64,000 nt of DNA. It comes from an uncultured Pseudomonadota bacterium. GTDB lineage: Bacteria; Oederibacteriota; Muellerivitia; Muellerivitales; Muellerivitaceae. The stretch lies in contig CAWIIP010000004.1 of NCBI GenBank assembly GCA_963836235.1, positions 512,001 through 576,000 on the forward strand, in the 5' to 3' direction. Shown here piece by piece: positions 28,692 through 38,846 of the stretch. The translations under genes were made by a program, and so were the position numbers. The first letter of the stretch is position 1, and each line of letters starts with the position of its first letter. A model generated the notes under the pieces. That model saw nothing but the letters and a program-made list of their open reading frames with translations. It was not told the origin of the DNA and made no database searches.

Positions 28692-30221
28692 TTAAATGTT
28701 GTTAACAGGACGGCCCGTAACCGGATCCAGGATCAAACGGTCTTGGCGCGGAGCGTCGTCAAAGTCGAACATCCCATTGATCGAACCCGCGATGGCGTCG
28801 AAAGATCCGCCGCCGATCTGGCCCAGGTTCCAGTTGTCCTCGATGAAGCGCAAGATGGAGGATTGGTCCGTGGTCTTGTGGTCCACATAATTCTCCTTGG
28901 CATAGGGCGAAATAACCAAAAGGGGCAACCGGGGCCCATAACCCATGCGGCCTTGAATCCCGCCCAGCGACGGCGGGGTATTGGACTCGTAGGTGAATGG
29001 ATCGGCGCTGGTGTGGGAGAAGTTCACGACCGGCGGGGCTTGGTGGTCATACCAGCCGTCCGAGTCGTCATAGTTGATGATGATGGCTGTTTCCTTCCAC
29101 TCCGGCGACTTCTCAAGCTTGTTGATGGTGTCCACCAGAAATTCCTGCTCGCAGGTCGGGCCCGAATAACCCGCGTGTCCATCCTGGTAGCCGGGAGCTT
29201 TCAGGAAAGAAACCGCGGGCAGGTGGCCGGAATCCAGGGCGTCCCAAAAATCCGTGATGTCGTACTGGTGGTTGGCCTGGTCGGTTTGGCCGATCATGGC
29301 CACGCTTGTGGGCGGCAGGTGGGTGGGGTTGGCGGTGGAAGCGTAATACTGGAACGGCTCGTGGTGGGGGATATAATCCGCGGTCGCGCTGGCGGTGCCG
29401 CAGGCATGGGTGGCGGTGGGGTTGCGGAACCCGCCCTCAAACCAGCCCCAGGTGAGGCCCTTCTTATTCAACAGGTCCCCAACATTGAGTCCGGCGGTGA
29501 CGGCGCAATTTTTTGTGGTGCTGGAGGCGATATCCCCCGTAGGATCGGCGTCGTTGATTTGGGTGCCGTTCACATTGGAACTTCCCAGACCGACTCCTGT
29601 CGCGTTCGCGGTGTTGCCGGAGATCAGGTTCAAGGCGCCTGGTGTGGAAGGCCCATAGGTGGTGTTGTAGGAATTGTCGCTCATGGCAAAGTGTTGGGCG
29701 TAATTCCACATGCCCGTTACCATGCTGCCGTCGTAATAACCCATGACCTCGTAGGGAACGGCGCAACCGGAGCCTTCGGTGAATTCGACGAATTCATCGG
29801 CGGCGCCCTTGTCGTAAGCTTCCTGCTCCGGGGTGTAGTTATGGCCCTGGTCGCAGGTGTTCTGATCGGTCAAGAGGAAAGGTTGGGCCGAGTTTTGGTT
29901 GTTGGTCAAAAGGTTCTTGGTCATGCCGTTCACCCTCGGCGTGTCATCCTTGGGCTGGAAGATCACATGCCCGGAGGCGTCCTTGATAATACTGGGATAA
30001 GTCCCGAAGTAATGATCAAAGGACACATTCTCCTGGAAGATAACCACCACGTGTTTGATAGGAGTCGTTGTTAGACCCTTATCATCCGAATCGGCGGCGG
30101 CCTTTACGACCATCGCCAAAAGCAAAAAGGCGCTTAAAAACAAAAACGGCGTCAAAGGTGCCATCAAGAAATTAAACTTCGCAACTTTTTTCTTCTTTCT
30201 TTTCACGGGACTAAAATGCAT
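28692..30221 (-). CDS. Secreted phosphoesterase (AcpA/phospholipase C family), paralog 2
   Basis: QENVSFDHYFG, GPSTPGAL, HHEPFQYY, DGHAG, YDDSDGWYDH; signal peptide. Confidence 0.9.
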   Translation of the reverse strand: MHFSPVKRKKKKVAKFNFLMAPLTPFLFLSAFLLLAMVVKAAADSDDKGLTTTPIKHVVVIFQENVSFDHYFGTYPSIIKDASGHVIFQPKDDTPRVNGMTKNLLTNNQNSAQPFLLTDQNTCDQGHNYTPEQEAYDKGAADEFVEFTEGSGCAVPYEVMGYYDGSMVTGMWNYAQHFAMSDNSYNTTYGPSTPGALNLISGNTANATGVGLGSSNVNGTQINDADPTGDIASSTTKNCAVTAGLNVGDLLNKKGLTWGWFEGGFRNPTATHACGTASATADYIPHHEPFQYYASTANPTHLPPTSVAMIGQTDQANHQYDITDFWDALDSGHLPAVSFLKAPGYQDGHAGYSGPTCEQEFLVDTINKLEKSPEWKETAIIINYDDSDGWYDHQAPPVVNFSHTSADPFTYESNTPPSLGGIQGRMGYGPRLPLLVISPYAKENYVDHKTTDQSSILRFIEDNWNLGQIGGGSFDAIAGSINGMFDFDDAPRQDRLILDPVTGRPVNNI

Positions 30222-30868
30222 TTTGTCGCTCCTTTAAATTGGGTGCAGCCAAGATTTAAGGTGAATAAGGCGGAAAAATTTTTTTCCGCCTAGGTGGTTT
30301 AAGCGCCTCCTTTCGCGAATGTGATGCGTAACGTGCTCGGACTATAGCTGCTATTAAAAAAAAAAATAAAGCGGCTTGAGGTGATTTAACCGAGGTTTAA
30401 CTATTCCAGGAAAACGAGAGAAAAAATTTTCACGGATGTAATCAAACAGAAAACTTTTTTCTCGAAATTTAAAAAACGTTTTCGGTTAAAGAGTTGTAAA
30501 TTTATTTTTTCGGTAACTTCCAAATCGATTTCTCGAAAACCGCGAGATCGAAATCGGACATCCAAATTTATTAAAATTTAAAAATCAAAATTGTTGTCCA
30601 TGTTCCTAGGGTCCGATTAAAAAATTAAAACTTCCTAGTGCGCCATGTCGCGGTGTGAGAGGGGACGTTTATCGTGAAGGTGGTATCGAATCCACCGGCG
30701 AACGATTTTTGAAAAAACATTTGATCGGGTTTTGGACTGCTAATGGATATGGTTTTCCCGATTGTTACACGCTTTTGACGTGGACCGGATAAATGATCGT
30801 TTAATCTAAACGACAAAGAAGTTTTCAACGCATCGCAAGAAAGCCAACACGAACTCCAAGGTCGCACA

Positions 30869-32068
30869 ATGCCAATTTACATTTATCGAACGGTTTTGTT
30901 GGATGGTAGGGAAGCGGCCAAGGAAGCGACCGCCGCAAACGAGGAAGAGCTGCGCCAGGAACTGGAGGGCCAAGGAGTTTTGGTAAAAGCCATCCGGCCT
31001 AAACGGATGATCGTCGGCATCTGGGGGGGACAAAGGGTCAGGCCGGGGGATTTTTTGAGGACCAACCAAGAAATGGCCACCCTCTTGAAGGCGGGTTTGA
31101 CTCTGCCTGAGGTCTTGGAACTAGCCGCTGACCGGCCTGAAAGCCCGTTCCTGGCCTTGATCCTCCGGCGTGTCCTGGAAGAAATCAAAACCGGGACCCC
31201 TTTCTCAACCGCTTGCGCTAAATACCCCCGAGTTTTCGACGGCCTATATCTTTCCTCCCTCAAGACCGGCGAAAGGACCGGCGACTTGGCCAAACCCCTG
31301 GCCCGCTATCAGGATTACCTGCGCCAGAAGGTAAGCTTGCAGGCCAAGGTTTCCCAGGCCATGGTTTACCCCACCTTCCTTCTTATCGTGTTGGCCTTGG
31401 TATTGGGACTCCTCTTTACCTTCGTGATGCCCCGCTTCACGGCCCTTTACACCGATTTCAACGCTACCCTCCCCCTGCCCACGCGCATCCTAATGGCTTC
31501 GGTCCACCATTTACCCTGGATAGGGGGCCTTTTGGCTGGAGGCGGCCTCGCCTCATGGGCGGCTTTCAAGGCCTGGAATTCAACCGAATCCGGGCGTATT
31601 TGGGTGGATGGCGCTGTTCAAAAATTTCCCGTGGTGGAAAAATTCATCAACCCCTTCTTGGCCTCCCAGCTCTCCCGCACCCTTTCGACCCTGCTTTCGG
31701 GGGGGACCCCTCTGACCGAAGCACTGAAGGTGGCGCGGGAATCCCTTTCAAATCGGGCTTTCGCTCTTCAGTTCGACCGGGTCATCCGCCGGGTTTTGGA
31801 AGGGGAGGCACTCTCGAAAGCGTTGGATGAGGAAAAGCTGCTCCCCCGAACCGCGGTCAAGCTGGTCAAAGTGGGGGAGGCATCGGGACAACTGGAGGCC
31901 ATGTTCCAGGAAGCGGCGAACGCTTCCGAATGGGAATTGGAACACCGAATACAGCGGGCCATGTCCTTAGTGGAACCTGTTTTCATACTTTTAACAGGGC
32001 TTCTGATTGGAACGGTCATCGTGGTGATGTATCTTCCCATCGTTCATTTGTCCGACGTCGTTAAATGA
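30869..32068 (+). CDS. gspF: Type II secretion inner-membrane platform protein (GspF/PilC)
   Basis: LLKAGLTL, GERTGDL, AMVYP, VGEASGQL, MYLPI. Confidence 0.9.
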   Translation: MPIYIYRTVLLDGREAAKEATAANEEELRQELEGQGVLVKAIRPKRMIVGIWGGQRVRPGDFLRTNQEMATLLKAGLTLPEVLELAADRPESPFLALILRRVLEEIKTGTPFSTACAKYPRVFDGLYLSSLKTGERTGDLAKPLARYQDYLRQKVSLQAKVSQAMVYPTFLLIVLALVLGLLFTFVMPRFTALYTDFNATLPLPTRILMASVHHLPWIGGLLAGGGLASWAAFKAWNSTESGRIWVDGAVQKFPVVEKFINPFLASQLSRTLSTLLSGGTPLTEALKVARESLSNRAFALQFDRVIRRVLEGEALSKALDEEKLLPRTAVKLVKVGEASGQLEAMFQEAANASEWELEHRIQRAMSLVEPVFILLTGLLIGTVIVVMYLPIVHLSDVVK

Positions 32069-32087
32069 CTCTTCTTCCTGGAAAGGC

Positions 32088-33851
32088 GTGAACCCACCGA
32101 TGAAATCTGAAACCAAAGAACCCGTCGGCAAGGTTTTGCGCTCGAAACATCCCTTTGCTTCCAAACGAATAGGAGACATCTTGATGGCCCGTCATGGGCT
32201 GACACAGCTTCAACTAGAAGAGGGACTGAGCCGGGCCGAAGGGTTGATCGGCCGTTGGTTGGTGGAAAAGGGCTTTATCACTGAAACCCAGTTGGCCCAG
32301 GCCCTTGCCGAACAGTTTCAACTGCCCTATGTGGACTTGAAGGGATTCGCCGTCGCCCCCGAATTGTTCGGACATTTTCCGGCGGCGGAAGCCTACCGCC
32401 ACAACGCCCTGCCTTACGGGCGAGACAATGGAATCCTAAAGGTCGTGGTTTCCAATCCCCTGGAAAGCCACAAGTTGGCCGACCAGTTGGAAACAAAGAC
32501 GGGACTGAAGGTGGAGTTACTCCTGGCCGACTTCTCGGCCGTTCAAGAGGCCTTGGAGCGCAGCCAAGCCACCTCGGCCCTTTTAAGTGATTTTTCGCAT
32601 GGATTTAAGGCGAAGGAATTTGAAGCAGACTCCAAGGGTTCGGTTTCGGCCGCCAACCTGGAGGACCAGGACAGCGGCGTCGTGCGGCTCATCAATACCC
32701 TTCTCTTGGCGGCTCTGCAGAGGCGGGCCAGTGATATCCATTTTGAGACCTACGAGAAGGCTACGGTCATCAAGTACCGGGTGGACGGCCTCCTTTATCC
32801 GGCCACCGAGAGACTGGATGCCCGGCACAACAAGGCCTTCGTATCCCGTATCAAGGTCATGGCCGAACTGGACATCGCCGAGACCCGGGTCCCCCAGGAC
32901 GGCCGGTTCCAATTGCGACTGAACGGCCGGGACATTGACTTCAGGGTTTCGGTCATGCCCAGCGCCCTGGGGGAAGACGTGGTGATCCGCGTTCTCGACA
33001 AGTTCGCCCTCAACGAGGAATTCAGCCAGCTCAAGCTGGAGGCTCTGGGCCTCCCGGAAAGTACCCTGAAAAAATTCCGCCGCAGCGTTCGGGAACCCTA
33101 CGGCATGGTGCTCATCACGGGGCCCACCGGCAGCGGCAAGACTACCACCCTCTACGCGGCCTTGGGTGAGATCAACTCGGGGGAAGAAAAGATTATCACC
33201 ATCGAGGACCCGGTGGAGTATCAGTTGAACGGCGTCGTGCAGGTGCCCGTGAACGAAAAGAAGGGACTGACCTTCGCCCGGGGCCTTCGATCCATCCTCC
33301 GGCACGATCCGGACAAGATCATGGTGGGGGAAATCCGGGACACCGAGACCGCCCAGATCGCCGTGCAGTCGGCGCTCACCGGGCATTTGGTTTTCACCAC
33401 GGTCCACGCCAACAACGCCTGCGATGTCATCAGCCGTTTCAGCCACATGGGCGTGAACCTCTACAGCTTTGTGTCGGCCCTGAACTGCGTCATGGCTCAA
33501 CGGCTGGTACGGGTGATCTGCCCCAAGTGCCGCCGGAAGGATAAGCCGGACCGGGAATTACTCGCCGCCTCCGGCCTGAGCGCCAAGGACTATGCCGACT
33601 ACGATTTTTACGCTGGGAAGGGCTGTGGTTATTGCGCCGGCACGGGATACCGGGGACGGCGGGCCGTGGCTGAATTCTTGAACCTGACACCCCGCATCCG
33701 AAAATTGGTCGTGGACCAAGCGCCCGTGGACGAACTCCAGACCGCCGCCGTGGAAGAAGGAATGGTGACCCTTCGCCAAGCGGCGCTGGAAAAGGCCCTG
33801 GCGGGGGAAACGACTCTCAAGGAAATCAACCGGGTCACATTCGTGGAGTAA
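32088..33851 (+). CDS. gspE: Type II secretion ATPase (GspE/PilB)
   Basis: ASDIHFE, GPTGSGKTTT, TIEDPVEY, LRHDPD, GEIRD, two CxxC motifs. Confidence 0.93.
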   Translation: MNPPMKSETKEPVGKVLRSKHPFASKRIGDILMARHGLTQLQLEEGLSRAEGLIGRWLVEKGFITETQLAQALAEQFQLPYVDLKGFAVAPELFGHFPAAEAYRHNALPYGRDNGILKVVVSNPLESHKLADQLETKTGLKVELLLADFSAVQEALERSQATSALLSDFSHGFKAKEFEADSKGSVSAANLEDQDSGVVRLINTLLLAALQRRASDIHFETYEKATVIKYRVDGLLYPATERLDARHNKAFVSRIKVMAELDIAETRVPQDGRFQLRLNGRDIDFRVSVMPSALGEDVVIRVLDKFALNEEFSQLKLEALGLPESTLKKFRRSVREPYGMVLITGPTGSGKTTTLYAALGEINSGEEKIITIEDPVEYQLNGVVQVPVNEKKGLTFARGLRSILRHDPDKIMVGEIRDTETAQIAVQSALTGHLVFTTVHANNACDVISRFSHMGVNLYSFVSALNCVMAQRLVRVICPKCRRKDKPDRELLAASGLSAKDYADYDFYAGKGCGYCAGTGYRGRRAVAEFLNLTPRIRKLVVDQAPVDELQTAAVEEGMVTLRQAALEKALAGETTLKEINRVTFVE

Positions 33852-33904
33852 GACGCGGCCTCCGCGAGGGACCGAGGATAAAATTTGAGCGAAAGAATAA
33901 ACCG

Positions 33905-34867
33905 ATGGGGAGTTTGAAGAATCCGAACCTCCAAAAGGCCGTGGACTTTTTCCGCCCCTTGCCTGAAGAAACCTCTTGCTTAGGCATAGCCTTGGGTCGG
34001 CAGGAAATAGGCGTGATGGAGACCCTGGAGTCCCCGGATAAAATCCAAATCCGTTACTCGGAAATTTTCCCCTTGCCTGTCCCGCTTTGGGTGGGGGTGC
34101 CTCCGCCGGACGTTCTTCCGTCCCTTGTTTCGGTTTTAACCCCGCTTTTCCAGAAAAATGAAAATTACCGGATCCTTCAAGTTTCCCTGCCGGATCCCGC
34201 CGCGCGGTTGGAAGTTTTTGAATTGGAAAAGATTCCGGCTGCCGGAACTCCCTTGGAAAAATTCCTCCATTGGAGGTTGTGCCCGGATGGTTCGGATAAG
34301 GCCTCCCTGGTCTTTGCCAGTCAATTCTTAGGCGAGGAAAAAGGAAAGAAACTGCTCTTGGGAGAGTCCCTGGACCGTGCTTGGCTTCAACTGGTCAGCA
34401 AGGCCTTTGAAGAGGCCAAAGGAAGGATCTCTGTCATGGACATGTCCTCCTGGTTCCGGTTCAACCTATTTCACGAGACTTTTCGCTCAAAAGGCCCAGG
34501 CGCCCTAGTAAGTCTGGAACGGGATTATTGGACCTTGTTGATTTGGGACGGCCAGGCCCGCCCCCGGTTCCAAAGGTCCAAATGGTGGAGGGGGCCTATC
34601 TCGGAACCCGCAGACCTTCCCCTGGGCGAGGTGGTGTTGGAAGCGGAAAGAACCATCCGTTCCTATGTTCATTCGGGCCCAGACCGTTTGGTGGAAAGCC
34701 TGTTCCTCTTGGTGCCGGAAGCCTGGCGGAATGGGGCTATTCGAGCTTTCCAACAACCCACCGAAGGAAGGATCACGGGCCTGTCCCTTGAGGCAGTTCT
34801 TAAGATTCAGGATTCTTCCAACCCCAATTTTTCGCCTTCCCTCGCCGCTACGGCGGTGCGGCGATGA
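33905..34867 (+). CDS. PilM/GspL-cytoplasmic-like assembly protein
   Basis: Position between the ATPase and the PilN-like gene; VSLPD motif; no TM segment. Confidence 0.6.
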   Translation: MGSLKNPNLQKAVDFFRPLPEETSCLGIALGRQEIGVMETLESPDKIQIRYSEIFPLPVPLWVGVPPPDVLPSLVSVLTPLFQKNENYRILQVSLPDPAARLEVFELEKIPAAGTPLEKFLHWRLCPDGSDKASLVFASQFLGEEKGKKLLLGESLDRAWLQLVSKAFEEAKGRISVMDMSSWFRFNLFHETFRSKGPGALVSLERDYWTLLIWDGQARPRFQRSKWWRGPISEPADLPLGEVVLEAERTIRSYVHSGPDRLVESLFLLVPEAWRNGAIRAFQQPTEGRITGLSLEAVLKIQDSSNPNFSPSLAATAVRR

Positions 34868-35409
34868 AAATCGCAACGAACTTTTCCTTTCCCTTCGACC
34901 GGGGTCTGCCGGTATTGGTCGGGATGGGATGGGGAGCGGCCTTTTTGGGGCTGGCACTGGCGGTGGGCCTAATCCTGGACGGGCTTCGCCAGAGCCAGGA
35001 AAATCCGGCGCTTCAAAAAAAACTAGTCGAACTACAGGAGGAACCCGTGACGGCGGTCTCCCCGACTGACCTGCCTTCAGCGGGGGACTTATCGGATTTG
35101 CGCCGCCGCCTGGAGGAATTGAACCGCCTCCAGGCCGGGGGCGGCTCCTCCGTGGCCGGGTTACTGGCGCAAATGGAAAAAATGACCCCGCCAGGAGTGC
35201 GCTTGCTCAGTTTCCAAAACGACCGGGACAGCGGCGGGGTCCAATTGGTAGCGGAAGCCCTGAACCTGGACGACCTATCCCGTTTTCTGGAAAGGCTGGA
35301 AAAGTCCGACAACTTTTCCAGTGTGAACCTGGCTAAGCAGACCCAAGCCCAGGACGGTTCAAGGAATTGGATCCAATTTTCAGTGGATCTTACGGAGAAC
35401 GCCCCATGA
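34864..35409 (+). CDS. PilN-like assembly protein
   Basis: TM, coiled coil, then TPPGVRLLSF...FLERLEKSDNFSSV ferredoxin-like pattern. Confidence 0.8.
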   Translation: MKIATNFSFPFDRGLPVLVGMGWGAAFLGLALAVGLILDGLRQSQENPALQKKLVELQEEPVTAVSPTDLPSAGDLSDLRRRLEELNRLQAGGGSSVAGLLAQMEKMTPPGVRLLSFQNDRDSGGVQLVAEALNLDDLSRFLERLEKSDNFSSVNLAKQTQAQDGSRNWIQFSVDLTENAP

Positions 35410-35981
35410 TCTCCGTTCGTCTGCTGGGAGGATTCATCTTGGATGCTTGGAAACACCGCAAGGTCCGGCGAGCCGCTTGGGCCGCTTTAGCCTTCGCATT
35501 GGCGGATTTTTTGATCCTGGTTTTCTTTTGGATGCCTGCGGCCTGGGGCCACCACCAGCTGGAAAAGGCCATTGGCGATAACCGGTCCGCTAGGCTAGAG
35601 GCCGCCCATGCCCGGGAAACGACTGAGGCCTATGAAAGGCTTTCCCGTCTGGCCGGGGCCCTCGAAATCAAATGGAAGACGCCCGTGACCCAGGCCGGTT
35701 TGGTGGAATCGCTGACCCGATCCGCCGCCCGGCACCGACTCAGGATACTTTCACAGGATTTCGAGGTGAAAAGCCTGCCCGAAGGCGGTATGGCCTTCGA
35801 GCAAAACTTGTCCCTGGCTGGGGATTACGCTTCCCTTCGGGAGTTCCTGGGAGGCCTAGACGGCCTGCCGACCCTGACGGTAGTGAGCCAGGCAAGACTG
35901 GAACGGGAGGGAGCGGCAGGGGGCGAGGTTCGGGCCAACCTTCTGCTTTTGACCTACCAGAAAAGCTCCGGAGGGGCATGA
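35406..35981 (+). CDS. PilO/GspM-like assembly protein
   Basis: TM plus LSLAGDYASLREFLGGLDGLP pattern; ATGA overlaps at both ends. Confidence 0.78.
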   Translation: MISVRLLGGFILDAWKHRKVRRAAWAALAFALADFLILVFFWMPAAWGHHQLEKAIGDNRSARLEAAHARETTEAYERLSRLAGALEIKWKTPVTQAGLVESLTRSAARHRLRILSQDFEVKSLPEGGMAFEQNLSLAGDYASLREFLGGLDGLPTLTVVSQARLEREGAAGGEVRANLLLLTYQKSSGGA

Positions 35982-36556
35982 GTATGTTCCGAAAAAACCG
36001 ACTTCTCTGGATTTCGGCTGTGGGGTTCCTGGTTTTATTGAATCTGGTCCGTTGGGCGCCGGTGCTTTGGAAAGGGAAAATCATGGAGGGACGGGAAACG
36101 TCTGGATGGATGCGGTTGGAATTTCCGGACCCGCTGGATCCCGAGGACCAAAAGGTTCAAAGGAACTTGTTCGCCTTGGGTTCCAGGCCCCCTGAAAGCC
36201 GCCGAGTAAAACGGATCGTAAGGGTAGTAACAGTTCCAACGCCCGCAGCGAGTCCCACGCCCTCCTTCCCGGATGGGTCCGTTCTGGAAGCGGCCGGTGG
36301 CTACCGGTTGATGGGGGTGGTTTCCCGGGAAGGCTTCAGTCAAGCCTTGATCGGGCGGGGGACCCAGCTGTTCCAGGTGGGGCCGGGGGACAACCTGGAA
36401 GACCGTTACCAGGTCCAATCCATCACCCAGGATGAAGTTTATTTGACCGAAAAGCCGACGGGGAACACCTTGAAGCTTCGAATTTGGGATTCAACGACAG
36501 CCGCTATTCCGGCCTCCCAGGCCAACGAGGGGATGAACATTCATGAACATGACTAA
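35978..36556 (+). CDS. PilP/GspC-like protein
   Basis: N-terminal TM, RNLF, Pro-rich linker, YRLMGVV...VGPGDNLEDRYQVQSIT. Confidence 0.7.
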   Translation: MSMFRKNRLLWISAVGFLVLLNLVRWAPVLWKGKIMEGRETSGWMRLEFPDPLDPEDQKVQRNLFALGSRPPESRRVKRIVRVVTVPTPAASPTPSFPDGSVLEAAGGYRLMGVVSREGFSQALIGRGTQLFQVGPGDNLEDRYQVQSITQDEVYLTEKPTGNTLKLRIWDSTTAAIPASQANEGMNIHEHD

Positions 36557-38846
36557 TCCGGGACGAAAAAGTTTATCCGCTGCGAAGAGGGGAATTCCGC
36601 GTCCGTTGGGATGGAGCTGGCTGTTGCTGGCCCTCATTGCCGGGTGCGCATCCCTTCCCAAGCCCGAAAACCACGCCAGCAAGAACGACTGGATGAGGGC
36701 GGTGCAGGAATACCGGAAGCAATACTCCGACCATCCGGCCGATTACGAAATCAAGATGAGGCTGGAAGAAGCCGAGTTGAACGCCGCCGAGGCCTGTTAT
36801 GAGGACGGCATGGCCCTGGAGAAGCAGGGCGGCCTGGACGACGCCATTTACCAGTTCCGTGAGGGCCTTTCGGCCATGCCGGACAACGAGAAGATCGCCA
36901 ACGCCCTGAAGAAGGCCTTGGAACAAAAAGAGGCCAGCACCTTCTACCAACAAGCGGTGGATTTGGATAAGGCTGGGAAGGAAGAGGACGCCAAGAACCT
37001 GCTGACCCAGGCCCTGGAAGCGGACCCGGACCAGCAAGGCGCCAAAGCCCTGTTGGAAAAGATCAAGGCCGAGCTGCCCGAAGCCACGGGAGGCTTGGTT
37101 TTCTCCTCCCAGGAGCCCGTTTCCCTCCACTTCAACCACACCGACCTCAAGGCTGCTTTTGATTTTATTGGAAGGGGTTTCGGCATCAACGTTCTTTTTG
37201 ACGGGGACCTGAAGGAGCAAACCGTTACCCTCTCCGTCGAAAACGTAACCTTCGACCAGGCCTTGGACCTGATTCTCCACACCACCCAAACCTTTTCCAA
37301 AACCGTGGGCCCCAATACCATCCTGGTGGCGGACGACAGCCCGGAGAAACACGCCCAATACGACGACCTCCTTATTAAGGACATCCAACTCAATTCGGTC
37401 CGGGCCTCCGACATGGCGAACCTCCTGAAAAGCATCATTGACTTGAAGCACATGGTCGTGAACGATCAGCTGAACACCCTCACGATCCGTGAAACGTCGG
37501 ACAAGCTGAAACTGGCCCAGGAAGTCATTGAGGCCAATGACCGTCCACCCGCCGAGGTGCTTTTGGATGTGGAAATACTGGAGGTCGACCGCACCAAGGC
37601 CGAACAACTGGGAATGGATTATGGCCAGTCCCTCCAATACAATTTCACCTCCCCGACTACTCTCTCGAGTCTGACCGGTGGGAACCTGGGCAGCACCCTG
37701 GAACAAGGAACCTTCACCCTGCCCGCCCTCACGTTGAATTATTTCAAGCAGGACGTGGACGCCAAGACCCTGGCCCATCCCCAGATCCGCTCCTTGGACA
37801 ACAAGGAAGCCAAGATTCATATCGGCGACCGGGTGCCCCTGGCCTCGTCCAATATCCAGCCGACCAACGGCGGGGTACTGCAAACCACCTATACTTACAG
37901 CGACATCGGGGTATTGCTCGATATCCTGCCCATCATCAACTTGGACCGCACCGTGCAGGTGAAGCTCTCCCTGGAAGTCAGTTCCCTGGGGCCCAACATC
38001 GGGACGAGCGGTAATCCCGCCTATGAGATTCTCACCCGGGACGCGGACAACACCATGTTGCTGCATGATGGGGAATCGGCCGTGCTGGGGGGGTTGATCC
38101 AGGACAACGACTCCAAGACCCACAACCACCTTCCCATCATCGGGGATTTCCCGATCCTGGGGGATTACCTGGCGGGCAATGTCGACAACTCGGACAGCCG
38201 AACGGACGTCCTTTTGACCATCACCCCCCATATCGTGCGGGATTGGAATTTTCCCCATAAGGAACTGCAAGAAATTTATTCGGGAACGCAGAACAACCTT
38301 TCCAGCAAGCCACTTTTTAGCCTTTTCCAGCAAAAGGCCGTCGGAAGCGGGGCACCCAAGATTGCCTTGGGCCCGACATCGGGAGAAGGCGGTCCATCCG
38401 CGCCGGAAGGAACACCAGTCCCGATGTTTCAGGGAGAGCAAACCAATGGAGGCGTGGCCTTTTCCTTTGACCAGCCTCAATATGAGGCTGACTTGGGGCA
38501 GCCTGTGGAGCTGAAACTTTACGGGGAAAACCTGGGGAAGCTCAAAACCTTTCCGCTGGCCGTAGCCTTCAACGCCAGTTACCTGAAATTCGCTTCCGCC
38601 ACACCGGGCTCGGCGGCGGTGGAAAAGGTGGAAACGGATTCGGACGAGAAGCACGGGATGGTCCGGATGACCCTGACCTTGAAACCCGACCAGACCGCCA
38701 CTGGCCCCACCGAGTTGGCCGACCTCAAGCTCAACGGATCCACTCCCGGTATTTCCTATTTGATCTTCCTCAATCCGACGTTCAAGGACGAGAATGGAAA
38801 CGACGTGCAAGCGCAGGCCCATGCCTCTCGCATCGTGGTCAAATAA
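36543..38846 (+). CDS. gspD: Secretin (GspD-like) with lipobox, TPRs and C-terminal cohesin-like domain
   Basis: LIAG-C lipobox, TPR helices, EVLLDVEILEV, AKIHIGDRVP, LGGLIQD, PILGDYL, LLTITPHIV; C-terminal beta domain. Confidence 0.88.
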   Translation: MNMTNPGRKSLSAAKRGIPRPLGWSWLLLALIAGCASLPKPENHASKNDWMRAVQEYRKQYSDHPADYEIKMRLEEAELNAAEACYEDGMALEKQGGLDDAIYQFREGLSAMPDNEKIANALKKALEQKEASTFYQQAVDLDKAGKEEDAKNLLTQALEADPDQQGAKALLEKIKAELPEATGGLVFSSQEPVSLHFNHTDLKAAFDFIGRGFGINVLFDGDLKEQTVTLSVENVTFDQALDLILHTTQTFSKTVGPNTILVADDSPEKHAQYDDLLIKDIQLNSVRASDMANLLKSIIDLKHMVVNDQLNTLTIRETSDKLKLAQEVIEANDRPPAEVLLDVEILEVDRTKAEQLGMDYGQSLQYNFTSPTTLSSLTGGNLGSTLEQGTFTLPALTLNYFKQDVDAKTLAHPQIRSLDNKEAKIHIGDRVPLASSNIQPTNGGVLQTTYTYSDIGVLLDILPIINLDRTVQVKLSLEVSSLGPNIGTSGNPAYEILTRDADNTMLLHDGESAVLGGLIQDNDSKTHNHLPIIGDFPILGDYLAGNVDNSDSRTDVLLTITPHIVRDWNFPHKELQEIYSGTQNNLSSKPLFSLFQQKAVGSGAPKIALGPTSGEGGPSAPEGTPVPMFQGEQTNGGVAFSFDQPQYEADLGQPVELKLYGENLGKLKTFPLAVAFNASYLKFASATPGSAAVEKVETDSDEKHGMVRMTLTLKPDQTATGPTELADLKLNGSTPGISYLIFLNPTFKDENGNDVQAQAHASRIVVK

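Noticed and set aside
27248-30074. Long + strand ORFs (252 and 443 aa) opposite the phosphoesterases
   Set aside because: Antisense shadows; their mutual similarity only reflects the duplicated sense genes.
30679-30696. GGTATCGAATCC resembling a tRNA T-arm
   Set aside because: No acceptor stem, D-arm or anticodon arm could be built around it.
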